The notes: generated from the sequence alone by a model not told the origin. A DNA stretch of 64,000 bases from Patescibacteria group bacterium (GCA_023382875.1 JAHDXH010000002.1:5724-69723), one strand, 5' to 3'. Shown: positions 8,644 to 17,893, numbered from the stretch's first letter. Translations and numbers: made by a program.

Positions 8644-10215
8644 ATGGAGTTATCAGTTGTTATTCCGCCACAGGTTGAGTTTATTCTTTCGAAATTAGAA
8701 GATGCAGGCTTTGAAGCTTATATTGTTGGTGGGGCGGTGCGCGATATTTTGCTTAAACGCAATGGCAACTATGATTACGATTTCACCACCAACGCTCAGC
8801 CAGAGCAAATTTTAAAACTTTTCCCCGATGCATTTTACGAAAATAATTTTGGTACGGTGATGGTGACTCATCAAGATATTTGTGCGCAAATTGGCATCAG
8901 TGAAAAGGAAGATTTGGAATGGCGAGAAAAACATCAGCATGAAGGTGTCTTACCTTTAAGTTCTCAGGATAATAAGCGCACTAATCGAATTATTGATTTA
9001 GCAGAGGCTAAAAAAATTCATGAATCACTGCAAGTTGGTGAAGTTGAAAAGTTATCATCCCTCGATCAACAGCCTAACTATGAAATCACCACTTTCCGTT
9101 CCGATGGCGCTTACCAAGATCATCGTCGACCAGAAGAGGTAGTTTGGGGTACCACACTTAAAGAAGATGTGGATCGACGCGACTTCACGATTAATGCGTT
9201 GGCCTTAAAAAAGATCAGTGAAGCTGACAAAAAAACCGACCAACTTAAATTTGAAGTAATCGATTATCATCACGGCATCGATGATTTAAAAAACAATTTA
9301 TTAAGAACAGTTGGTGATCCTAATTTACGTTTCAAAGAAGATGCTTTGAGAATTTTGCGTGCAATTCGTTTCGCTGTGCAATTAAATCTAGAAATTGATG
9401 ACGAAACCTTCGCAGCTATTAAAAGTCACGCGCCACTCATTAAGCATATTAGCTGGGAAAGAATTCGTGACGAATTCATTAAAATTCTCGCTAGCAATTA
9501 CCCTGCAGAAGGCATCGAGCTTTTAGATCAAGTTAAGCTTTTGGAAATCATTTTACCTGAGTTATTAGAGGGTAAGGGCGTAAAACAAGGTGGTCATCAT
9601 ACTACCGATGTTTGGACCCATTCGATTGAAGCGCTCAGAGAAACACCGGCTACCGACCCAGTGGTAAGACTAGCGACGTTGCTTCATGACGTGGCTAAGC
9701 CTCGTACCTACGCAGAAAAAGACGGCAAAATTACTTTTTATAATCACGAAATTGTTGGTTCAAGAATGGCGAGTAAAATTGCTAAGCGTTTGCGCTTGAG
9801 TAAAAAAGCAGAGGAGCAAATTTTTACCTTAGTTCGTTATCACATGTTCCACTACCAAACTCATGATACTGATGCGGCCATTAGGCGGTTTATGAGAAAG
9901 GTCGGTTTGCATTACATTGATGATATTCTCGATCTGCGTGAAGGCGATCGATTGGGCTCTGGTGCTAGAAAAACCTCCTGGCGCCTCGAAGAGATGAAAC
10001 AAAGGATGATTGAACAACTTAATCAGCCCATGGATCTTAAGGATCTAAAAATCAATGGCAATGATTTGATGAATGAATTAAATCTTCAGCCAGGTCGGAT
10101 TTTGGGTGAGATTTTAAATTATTTGTTTGAGTTGGTTTTGGATAATCCGGAACTTAATACTAAAGAACAACTACTAAAAGAAAGTCAAAAATATTTAGAA
10201 AGCATCAAAGTATGA
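8644..10215 (+). CDS. cca: Class II CCA tRNA nucleotidyltransferase with HD domain
   Basis: VGGAVRD, DYDF, EDVDRRDFTINA, EDALRILRA, LLHDVAK. Confidence 0.9.
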   Translation: MELSVVIPPQVEFILSKLEDAGFEAYIVGGAVRDILLKRNGNYDYDFTTNAQPEQILKLFPDAFYENNFGTVMVTHQDICAQIGISEKEDLEWREKHQHEGVLPLSSQDNKRTNRIIDLAEAKKIHESLQVGEVEKLSSLDQQPNYEITTFRSDGAYQDHRRPEEVVWGTTLKEDVDRRDFTINALALKKISEADKKTDQLKFEVIDYHHGIDDLKNNLLRTVGDPNLRFKEDALRILRAIRFAVQLNLEIDDETFAAIKSHAPLIKHISWERIRDEFIKILASNYPAEGIELLDQVKLLEIILPELLEGKGVKQGGHHTTDVWTHSIEALRETPATDPVVRLATLLHDVAKPRTYAEKDGKITFYNHEIVGSRMASKIAKRLRLSKKAEEQIFTLVRYHMFHYQTHDTDAAIRRFMRKVGLHYIDDILDLREGDRLGSGARKTSWRLEEMKQRMIEQLNQPMDLKDLKINGNDLMNELNLQPGRILGEILNYLFELVLDNPELNTKEQLLKESQKYLESIKV

Positions 10216-10808
10216 AAGCACTAACTTTTCACGATCAGGCTTATGAATTTTACAACTGGGAGACTTTAGGTGAAGATATTTTTGTCTTAGCCAAAAAAAT
10301 TATTGAATCAGGTCAAAAATTTGACCGTATTATTGCATTGGCCAAAGGTGGTTTGACCTTTTCCCGTTCTTTAGTTGATTACTTGCAAGTTGAAGATGTT
10401 TCTTCGATTCAAATTCAGTTTTACACTGGTATTGGCACGACTTTTAAAACCCCAGTGATTACTCAATCTTTGCCAGTCAGTATTAAGGGTGAGAGTATTC
10501 TAATTTTTGACGATATTGTTGACCGTGGGGAAACCATGAAATTGGCAGTTGAGTATCTCAACTATCATGGAGCTAAAAGCATTGCTACTTCAACCCTGAT
10601 TGAAAAACCATGGAGTCAATTTAAGACTGATTTTTATGCTCGAAACAGTGAAGCTTGGGTGATTTATCCTAACGAAATCAGAGAAACTATCTCAATTTTG
10701 CGCGAATTATGGGAGGAAAAAGGTGATTCACCAGAGGAAATTAAGTCAAACCTGATCAAATTGGGTTTTTCTAAAGCTGAAGTTGAACTTTTCTACGATC
10801 TCAAGTAA
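10212..10808 (+). CDS. Type I phosphoribosyltransferase (purine salvage-like)
   Basis: IIALAKGG and ILIFDDIVDRGET PRPP loop. Confidence 0.8.
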   Translation: MKALTFHDQAYEFYNWETLGEDIFVLAKKIIESGQKFDRIIALAKGGLTFSRSLVDYLQVEDVSSIQIQFYTGIGTTFKTPVITQSLPVSIKGESILIFDDIVDRGETMKLAVEYLNYHGAKSIATSTLIEKPWSQFKTDFYARNSEAWVIYPNEIRETISILRELWEEKGDSPEEIKSNLIKLGFSKAEVELFYDLK

Positions 10809-10845
10809 AATACACTTCTTGATCTATAAATCTAAATAACAATAT

Positions 10846-11202
10846 ATGGCACAACATTTGGCTTTTAACGAAACAACAAAATTTAGCGTTGGTGACACTA
10901 TCGCTGTCTACCAAGAAATTACCGAAGGTGGTAAGAAAAGAGTCCAGACTTTTGAAGGCATCGTTATTGCCATCAAAAACGAAGGTCTTGGTAAATCTTT
11001 CACCGTTCGTAAAATCGGTGCCAACTCTATTGGTGTAGAAAAAATCTACCCAGTTAATTTGAGTTCTATTCAAAAAATTGACGTCAAGAGGAAAGGTGAA
11101 GTTAAGAGATCTAAGCTTTACTTCTTACGTGAAAGAATTGGTAAAGCCGCTTCCCGTATTAAAGAAAAGGCTCTTAACGTTACAGCAGATCAGACAAAAT
11201 AA
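10846..11202 (+). CDS. rplS: 50S ribosomal protein L19
   Basis: [25 protein letters not shown]. Confidence 0.95.
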   Translation: MAQHLAFNETTKFSVGDTIAVYQEITEGGKKRVQTFEGIVIAIKNEGLGKSFTVRKIGANSIGVEKIYPVNLSSIQKIDVKRKGEVKRSKLYFLRERIGKAASRIKEKALNVTADQTK

Positions 11203-11539
11203 AAATCTGATTGGAGCTCGTGGTGAAGAGCTGGCAAAAGTTTTTTTGCTAAAATCAGGATATAAAATTTTGGACCTTAACATTCGCTACAAAAATCATG
11301 AAGTTGATATTGTGGCGCTAGATCAAAAAACTGACGAATTAGTCTTCGTCGAAGTCAAAACTCTCTCCAGTGATGACTATGGTCACCCTAGTCAAAAAGT
11401 TGACCATAAAAAAATTTCATCACTACATAAACTTGCTTGGGTTTATTTGAAAACTAAGCAATTGGAGCAAGACTTTAGATTTGATATCATGACAGTTAGT
11501 CCAAGTGGTATTGAACATTTTGAAAATATTACTTGGTAA
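11138..11539 (+). CDS. yraN: YraN (UPF0102) family endonuclease; start uncertain
   Basis: [24 protein letters not shown]; no ATG near the N-terminus (TTG 11138 or CTG 11207 possible). Confidence 0.8.
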   Translation: MVKPLPVLKKRLLTLQQIRQNKNLIGARGEELAKVFLLKSGYKILDLNIRYKNHEVDIVALDQKTDELVFVEVKTLSSDDYGHPSQKVDHKKISSLHKLAWVYLKTKQLEQDFRFDIMTVSPSGIEHFENITW

Positions 11540-11549
11540 ATATATAGAC

Positions 11550-11621
11550 GGCCCCATCGTCTATCGGTTAGGACATCGGGTTTTCATCCCGGTAAGCGGA
11601 GTTCGACTCTCCGTGGGGTCA
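11550..11621 (+). tRNA. tRNA-Glu(TTC), CCA not encoded
   Basis: GGCCCCA...TCGGG-TTTTCAT-CCCGG...TTCGACT...TGGGGTCA. Confidence 0.95.
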
Positions 11622-11628
11622 CAAGGTT

Positions 11629-11657
11629 AAAAAAGACGCATTTAGGCGTCTTTTTTT
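11629..11657 (+). terminator. Terminator after tRNA-Glu
   Basis: AAAAAAGACGC/GCGTCTTTTTT. Confidence 0.7.
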
Positions 11658-11669
11658 GTATTTAGTAAT

Positions 11670-11702
11670 AAAAAAGAGCCTGGTTATGCGCCAGGCTCTT
11701 TT
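11670..11702 (-). terminator. Terminator of the MVP-like gene (bidirectional shape)
   Basis: AAAAGAGCCTGG-TTATGCG-CCAGGCTCTTTT. Confidence 0.75.
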
Positions 11703-11774
11703 ATGTTTGTTACCTCAGTCTAGTCACCCTCTCACAAGTGATTTGCTGATGCTTGTTTGACTTCGGCTTACGCC

Positions 11775-14264
11775 TTAGTCTTTGTTGCTTTCGATAGCGG
11801 GCAGTTCAAAGAGTCCAAGCAAACTCTCGAACTGTGTGCCTTTCAGGATGCTGGTCACGTATTCCATCAATGGAACGCCAGCCCGTTGTGCTGAACCGCC
11901 GAAGGTTTCGGCAAACTGGTTGAGCAGTTGACCGCCGACAATCTGGCGCAGATACGCTGAGTCATGCGGCGCGATTGCCGACAGGCGTTTGACCATCGCT
12001 TCGGTTTGTTGCTGTAACATTTCGATGCGGAGCGCGTCTTGACCCTTCTGGATAGTCGCCTGAGCTTCTGCTTGTCGCAGGTTACGCTCCATCACGATAC
12101 CGGCAACGATGTCATTGACTGCTTCGCGGGCGCGAGCTTCTGCCTCGCTGATGCTGGTTGTTTCCGCCAAAATCGCCAGCTTTTTCTCGGTGATGGTCGC
12201 TTGTAGTTCGGCAAGCTGGGTGAAGGTTTCAGCTTCTTCGGTGGCGGTGGCTCGTTGCAGGTCGAGCTTGACCATGTTGACGCGGGAACGTTCCAGCAGA
12301 GCTTGCACTTCTGCATCGGCAACGGCGAAGTCACTGATGTAGATGCGCTCAATTTGCATGGAGTTGTTCGCAAATTCAATCGGGGTCTGTTCACCTGTTT
12401 CGGCGGTGGTGATGACCTGTGCCAGCATGTTGGCGTAGCCAGTTGGGGTGATTAGTTCTTCCAACTGGTGGGCGGCGATGTAGGGGACGAGCTTGGCTTG
12501 CAAGGTCTCAAAGACCATTCGCCAAGGATTCTCGATGCTCCACCATGCCTTGCCGACTTCACCAGTGAAGTTCACGTTTGCCACCAGTTCCAGCACGACA
12601 TCCACACCATCGCTGGTCTGACCTTCAACGCTGAACGTCCATGCGTTGTTGGCGACTTGCAGGTAAACATCTAACTGTGTGGAGTCGTTTGGCTTGATGA
12701 ACGTCACCAGTTCCTCATCGTATTCGAGGAAGGTGCTTTGCGGTCCGACCACAAAGCGGGTTTCGTTGGCGGCGTTCTTAATCTGCACAGCGAAGTTTTG
12801 CCAGACGTTGATGCGTGGGGCTTGCGGCACTTCGTTGCCGATTTTGATAACGCGAGGTTCAGAGAACTGGTTATCGCGCTGAGTGGAGAAGGCGATTAAA
12901 GCCTCAAACCCACCTTTGCGGGTGGGTGCAATCTGCTTAGTATCTGACAATTGCAGGTTGCTACGTCCGCCACCGCGCAGGGTATCAGACTCACCAAAAT
13001 CCATCCGGTGAGTTTCTCGATTACCCCTTTCAACTATCCGCCCGGGGTACCAAAGGCGTTGCTCGTTTTCAGTGAGCATCCTTTCGATAAAGACTTGCTG
13101 GACAGGATTGGGCAAGAGCATTTCAGGACCCTTGACCAACTCAATCTGACCAGTATCGCGGTTGAGCAGGTAGTAGGCTTTGCCAGCTTCCACCGTGACG
13201 GCATACAAGACCAGCTTGTCGCCGTACATGATGATGTCGAGCCTTTCATCGGGATAGAAGAACGGAATGTCTTCGCCCGTGATGAAGCCTTCTTCGCCAG
13301 CTTGCCATTGCTTATCTGACTCATCGGTAAAGTCCACCAGAGCTTTGACGTAAATGCCCATCCGTTTCTTGCCGAGTTCAATCGGGCGGAAGGTGGCATT
13401 GTTCTGGTAGGTGTAGAAAGTTTCGCCAGCATTGCGCGGGAACACGATGCCCGGTCCGCGCACAACGGTCTTTTGACCTGTTTCGCTGACCAGTACGCAG
13501 TATTCCAACTGCTGGAGGACGAGAGCTTCACGGACATACTTACCAGTGCCGTCCTTCACGACTTCGATGCCTGTCACCGGGACGAAGAATGAAACTTCGC
13601 GCCCCGTGATGATATATTGTCGCCCTTGAATGCGGTGATTGTCGGTTGCCGCAGGTTTCTGGACGATGGGTTTGTTTTGACTTTCGTCGCCACTATTCCC
13701 ATCAGTTTCACCATTGGTTACGACATGAGTGCCTCCATCCGTATCGATGACATTGTTGGCAACAACTTCTTGCCCCAAAGTCCAAGGGGCAATGCCCATC
13801 GTCTGTTCGTTCCAGTTTGCCAGAGCTTCGGTTTCGTTGTTAACTTCGATAACCAAATACTGACCAGTGCGCAGTGTGTGCGCATCAATCACTTTGGCTT
13901 CCTGACCGGGCCATAGCGCGAAGTGGCATGGTCCGGGAATGACTTGTATCTCGCCGAATTTCAACGGGGTGTCGTCATTGGCTTGACCCGATGTGGGATG
14001 CGGTTTGTCCTTGCTTGCTGGATTGCTCAAGATGACGTATTGATTACGCCGAGCATTGATGGAGCGTTGAATCGCCCTGTCTTTGGGTTGACCAGATTCC
14101 ACCGCCATCAACCCGCCTCGACCATCAGGAATCATGTGTCGCTGATTTTCGGAGGTGGTGACGTTGGTTGGCCCAACGTGGGTGGTATAGCGTCCGGTAC
14201 TGATGGTTTGTAACCACAGAAACTCGCCAACGCTCAATGCAATATCTGATGACTTCTCAGCCAT
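11775..14264 (-). CDS. Major vault protein (MVP) homologue, about 829 aa
   Basis: Tandem vault-like repeats (HVGPT, YVILSNP..FALWPGQ, YCVL..GQKTVVRGP, KALVDFTD..AGEE, TGQIELVKGP, NFAVQI..VVGPQ), SPFH-like shoulder and long cap helix; start moved to ATG 14264 after AAGGA. Confidence 0.8.
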   Translation of the reverse strand: MAEKSSDIALSVGEFLWLQTISTGRYTTHVGPTNVTTSENQRHMIPDGRGGLMAVESGQPKDRAIQRSINARRNQYVILSNPASKDKPHPTSGQANDDTPLKFGEIQVIPGPCHFALWPGQEAKVIDAHTLRTGQYLVIEVNNETEALANWNEQTMGIAPWTLGQEVVANNVIDTDGGTHVVTNGETDGNSGDESQNKPIVQKPAATDNHRIQGRQYIITGREVSFFVPVTGIEVVKDGTGKYVREALVLQQLEYCVLVSETGQKTVVRGPGIVFPRNAGETFYTYQNNATFRPIELGKKRMGIYVKALVDFTDESDKQWQAGEEGFITGEDIPFFYPDERLDIIMYGDKLVLYAVTVEAGKAYYLLNRDTGQIELVKGPEMLLPNPVQQVFIERMLTENEQRLWYPGRIVERGNRETHRMDFGESDTLRGGGRSNLQLSDTKQIAPTRKGGFEALIAFSTQRDNQFSEPRVIKIGNEVPQAPRINVWQNFAVQIKNAANETRFVVGPQSTFLEYDEELVTFIKPNDSTQLDVYLQVANNAWTFSVEGQTSDGVDVVLELVANVNFTGEVGKAWWSIENPWRMVFETLQAKLVPYIAAHQLEELITPTGYANMLAQVITTAETGEQTPIEFANNSMQIERIYISDFAVADAEVQALLERSRVNMVKLDLQRATATEEAETFTQLAELQATITEKKLAILAETTSISEAEARAREAVNDIVAGIVMERNLRQAEAQATIQKGQDALRIEMLQQQTEAMVKRLSAIAPHDSAYLRQIVGGQLLNQFAETFGGSAQRAGVPLMEYVTSILKGTQFESLLGLFELPAIESNKD

Positions 14265-14410
14265 GTGTTCACTTGTCCTTTGTTTGATAGATTTTAGGTA
14301 GATGTTTGTCTTACTGACTTGTGAGAGTGTTAAAGAGCTGATTTTTCCTGATTTCAGGGATTTTTTAGTCACGAAGTGTGAGTGTTATGGCCCCAAAAAC
14401 CAAGATTAGA

Positions 14411-14419
14411 ATTATATCA
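14411..14419 (-). promoter_or_regulatory. Extended -10 promoter for the MVP-like gene
   Basis: TGaTATAAT about 146 nt upstream of ATG 14264. Confidence 0.6.
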
Positions 14420-14480
14420 CAGTATGTCTAATAATAAATTTTTATAGGGGAAATGGTTTGGGGGTGCTAAGCAGTCTAAG

Positions 14481-15248
14481 TTATTTAACTTTTTTAAACA
14501 ACAAATACATTCTAGTTTGGCCACTTTCATACCAATCATCAATTTTGAAGATGCGTTTATCTTTTTTGACCAATTTAAGGCCATATTTTGCAGCGATCTC
14601 GATCGTTTCTTTGAGTTGCCATTCAAATTGGTCAATTTCTTCGTAAGCTTCATCGGCACTGACTAGTAAAAAGCTGCCACCCATGGTCAACATTCTAGCG
14701 ACGTTAGCAAAAAACTTTTCTTTATCTGAAACATGAACAAAAACATCTTTGCAGTGAATTCCAGTAAAGGTGTTGTTAGGAAAGGGTGGGGCATTAATAT
14801 CAGCTTGAACTTGATTGAGATCAAAAACGTCTTTGCCGTGTCTAGTGCCGGTGTCGCTAATATCAAGACTGATAATTTGATTATCTGGCAAAGCCGTGCG
14901 TAAAGCATCTGACTCAGCTCCAATGCCACTGCCCAAATCTAAAACTTTCTTTTTTAATTCATGTTCAGATAATTCTGGGTTGCCAAATCTACCAGCGGTT
15001 AGACGCTTAAAGAGATGGGGTCCACGCTTCATTTGACTTAAGAATTTTTTGACAATGGGAATAGAGAAGTATTCCTGAAGGTGCTCTGGAAACTTTGGAA
15101 AACGTTCATAATTGTAAATATATCCATGATTAGAGTAAAAGTCAGGATTCATTGGGTCAGCACCTTCAGCCGTTTTGCTCCGATCTTCATCAGAGTCATT
15201 AAAACTAAGATCAATAATAATTGGATTTTCTCTTTGTTCGCTGCCCAT
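14481..15248 (-). CDS. Class I SAM-dependent methyltransferase
   Basis: VLDLGSGIG, LDIS, QAD..PFPNNTF, RMLTMGG. Confidence 0.8.
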   Translation of the reverse strand: MGSEQRENPIIIDLSFNDSDEDRSKTAEGADPMNPDFYSNHGYIYNYERFPKFPEHLQEYFSIPIVKKFLSQMKRGPHLFKRLTAGRFGNPELSEHELKKKVLDLGSGIGAESDALRTALPDNQIISLDISDTGTRHGKDVFDLNQVQADINAPPFPNNTFTGIHCKDVFVHVSDKEKFFANVARMLTMGGSFLLVSADEAYEEIDQFEWQLKETIEIAAKYGLKLVKKDKRIFKIDDWYESGQTRMYLLFKKVK

Positions 15249-15293
15249 AATTTACTATAACATTTTGACTCTTTTTATGGTTATGATAGCTCT

Positions 15294-17036
15294 ATGTTGT
15301 CGGGTTTACATAAATTTTTTGCTAAAAGTTTTTGGCTTTATGCTTTGCTGGTGGTTTTTGTTTCTTTAATTGTTTCTCGTTCACTTTTTAATAATAATTT
15401 GGCTACTACCCATGATTTAGAAATTCATGCCGCTAGGACAGCCAATTATTATCTTGCCTTAAAACAGGGTCAGCTTCCTCCACGTTGGGCACCCAATTTG
15501 AACTATGGTTTTGGTTATCCTGTTTATAACTTTTCTTATCATTATCCTTACTTTGTTTCAGCCTTGTTATTTGGAATAACAGATTCGGTTGAGTTGAGTT
15601 TGAATTTGTTTATGGCCGGTTCGGTGTTGATTGGTGGGTTGGGAGTATATTTATTGGCATGGTTAAAACTGGGTGAAAAGTATAAAGGACGATCTGGGCA
15701 GGCTTTTATTATTTCTTTGGCCTACTTAACTGCACCCTATATTTTGCTCAATGTCTTTGTCAGGGGAGCCTTGGGCGAAATTGGTTTCTGGAGTCTGCTG
15801 CCAGTGGTGATGATTTTTTTCTTGTTAAGGCAGCATACTCACCAATGGTGGTATCTGTTAGCTTTTCCCATTCTGCTTGTTGCTTGGTTTTTATCTCATC
15901 AAGTCTTGGTGTTATTAAGTTTACCGGTTTTGATTCTATGGCAGGTGGTTGAAGTCGGGGGGGTTAAAAAGTTTTTGCGTTCTGACTGGCGGACGTGGCT
16001 CGGCTTAATTTTCTTATCACTGCTTATGGTTTTATTTTCATGGCTGCCGATGGTTACGGAAAAGAAGTTTGTGGCTTTGGGTTATGACAATTATCAACCG
16101 CACTCGTATGCAGAGCAGTTTCCTCCTAATGGTTGGTTGCTTTATTCACCTTGGGAGTATTCTGGCTTAGTTGATCGAAGCGAAAACGGAAGATTCACGA
16201 GAATGATTGGTTTTGAGTATTGGCTGGTAGCCGTTGGTGGAGTGTGGTTAATTGGCAAGGGTTATGGAAAATCAAAAAACAAAGCTAAGTATTTTTTCTG
16301 GTTAGGTGCGTTCTGGACGACTTTATTTTTAATGTTGCCTATTTCTCTTGGTATTTGGAAAATTTGTCCACCACTTCAGTATATTCAACATCCTTGGCGA
16401 TTAATTGGCTGGTGCGTGGTCGCTGGCACAATGATTTGGCTTGAGTGGTTAATTAATAATAAAAATAGTGCCATAGTGAAGTTGATTAATGGACTGGTGT
16501 TATTGAGTAGTATTTGGGCAATTTGGTTTTGGGCAAAGCCAGTGGCAACATTTCATAAACCAGTTGAGCAGTGGCTAGAATATCACTTAACGGGCGACTC
16601 ATATTCTGAATTAACACCAGTGGCTTTTGATCGAGGTGAGAACTTAGCTTTTCCTGAAAAACTATATTTTCTTGATGGTAATGACAACTTATCTAAGTTA
16701 GAGCCAATTAATTTGCTTTGGACAGGGAACTTGATTAGCTATAACTTTGAAACCACTCAGTCTGGCCGAGTTATTCAAAAAACAGCCAATTTCCCAGGAT
16801 GGAAAGTAGAAGTGAACGGTCAGCCAATTAATGTTGATGATAATGTTGCCAGCTGGAGCGGGAGAGTTACTTATTGGGTGAGTGGTGGTGCAAATCAGGT
16901 CAAAGTATTTTTTGATGACAAGAAAACCTCTAGAGAGCTAGCTAACCGTTTGAGTATCTTAGGATTGGGTTTATGGTTGGTTGGAGCAGGTGTTTTAATT
17001 TTGCGAAAAAGCCTCAATCAATTTCAAAATCGGTAA
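15294..17036 (+). CDS. Polytopic GT-C-like membrane protein (PTPS-related/YfhO-like)
   Basis: THD..H, PRWAPNLNYGFGYP, RGALGE, IQHPWR, FPGWKVEVNG; many TM segments. Confidence 0.7.
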   Translation: MLSGLHKFFAKSFWLYALLVVFVSLIVSRSLFNNNLATTHDLEIHAARTANYYLALKQGQLPPRWAPNLNYGFGYPVYNFSYHYPYFVSALLFGITDSVELSLNLFMAGSVLIGGLGVYLLAWLKLGEKYKGRSGQAFIISLAYLTAPYILLNVFVRGALGEIGFWSLLPVVMIFFLLRQHTHQWWYLLAFPILLVAWFLSHQVLVLLSLPVLILWQVVEVGGVKKFLRSDWRTWLGLIFLSLLMVLFSWLPMVTEKKFVALGYDNYQPHSYAEQFPPNGWLLYSPWEYSGLVDRSENGRFTRMIGFEYWLVAVGGVWLIGKGYGKSKNKAKYFFWLGAFWTTLFLMLPISLGIWKICPPLQYIQHPWRLIGWCVVAGTMIWLEWLINNKNSAIVKLINGLVLLSSIWAIWFWAKPVATFHKPVEQWLEYHLTGDSYSELTPVAFDRGENLAFPEKLYFLDGNDNLSKLEPINLLWTGNLISYNFETTQSGRVIQKTANFPGWKVEVNGQPINVDDNVASWSGRVTYWVSGGANQVKVFFDDKKTSRELANRLSILGLGLWLVGAGVLILRKSLNQFQNR

Positions 17037-17300
17037 AATTTCCCTACCTTTATCTGTCAACTCATAAACTACAGATAGTTTGTCGACTGTCTCCTTATAA
17101 CGTCTAACAATCCCACCTTGTTCCAATTTCTTAAGGCGGTCAGTAAGAGTCACTGGGCAAATATCGCTAGCACCACGCTCAATTTCGCTGAAGCGCAGCG
17201 GCTTGTTCTCTAAAACTTTGATGATGATTAATATCCAAGTATCGCCAAGTAACTTGGCGTTGGTGGTGAATTGCTGGGTAATTGCTTTGGACGTTGACAT
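16995..17300 (-). CDS. HxlR-family winged-helix transcriptional regulator
   Basis: LGDTWIL, RFSEI, LTDRLKKLE..G, V.YELTDKG. Confidence 0.85.
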   Translation of the reverse strand: MSTSKAITQQFTTNAKLLGDTWILIIIKVLENKPLRFSEIERGASDICPVTLTDRLKKLEQGGIVRRYKETVDKLSVVYELTDKGREILPILKLIEAFSQN

Positions 17301-17318
17301 GTAACCAGAGTCTTTATT

Positions 17319-17353
17319 ACTATGAATGGCATAGTGCTATATAAAATATAGCA
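17319..17353. promoter_or_regulatory. Two adjacent inverted repeats, candidate HxlR operator
   Basis: ACTATG-5-CATAGT and TGCTATAT-AAA-ATATAGCA in the divergent spacer. Confidence 0.55.
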
Positions 17354-17380
17354 AATTAACAAGTAATTATATATTAAAAA

Positions 17381-17875
17381 ATGTCAAAAAATACCTTGTT
17401 GGTGGTTGGTTTATTGGTTATTGCTGGCGTAGTATTTGCTAGCCAAATGATGGGAAAGAATATGGGTCAAGTTCCTGCTGAGTCAGATACAGTGATGACC
17501 GCTAGTCCAGAAGTAGAAAGTTCTCCTGTTGCTTCACCTGTTGGAGACTCCATGATGGAAAAGAAAATGGCAGCTGATGACACCACCACAGTAAGTGATG
17601 TTCAAGTGATTGAAATGGAAGCTGGTGCTTTTTATTACAAACCAGATTCAATTAGAGTCAAAAAAGGTCAAAAAGTCCAAATTGTTTTCAAAAGCGTCGA
17701 TATGATGCATGATTTTAATGTCGATGAGCTCAACATTAAGTCTGAAGTGGTTAAAGGTGGTAATTCCAGCACTTTTGAATTTGTTGCTAATGAAGCTGGC
17801 ACTTTTGAATATTATTGTTCAGTTGGCCAACACCGACAACAAGGCCAAGTTGGTACATTGATTGTTGAAGAATAA
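17381..17875 (+). CDS. Membrane-anchored cupredoxin
   Basis: N-terminal TM; MHDF and YYCSVGQHRQQGQVG type-1 copper loop. Confidence 0.85.
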   Translation: MSKNTLLVVGLLVIAGVVFASQMMGKNMGQVPAESDTVMTASPEVESSPVASPVGDSMMEKKMAADDTTTVSDVQVIEMEAGAFYYKPDSIRVKKGQKVQIVFKSVDMMHDFNVDELNIKSEVVKGGNSSTFEFVANEAGTFEYYCSVGQHRQQGQVGTLIVEE

Positions 17876-17893
17876 TTTTTATTTATAGCCAAT

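Noticed and set aside
11703-11774. Vault RNA gene downstream of the MVP-like CDS
   Set aside because: The 72-nt spacer has no separate promoter or recognisable vtRNA features; only the UTR complementarity is supportable
12092-14213. Many overlapping ORFs inside the MVP-like gene
   Set aside because: Shadow frames expected from higher GC; no motifs or initiation signals
11550-14420. Prophage or integrative element at tRNA-Glu
   Set aside because: No integrase, transposase or duplicated tRNA 3' end was found
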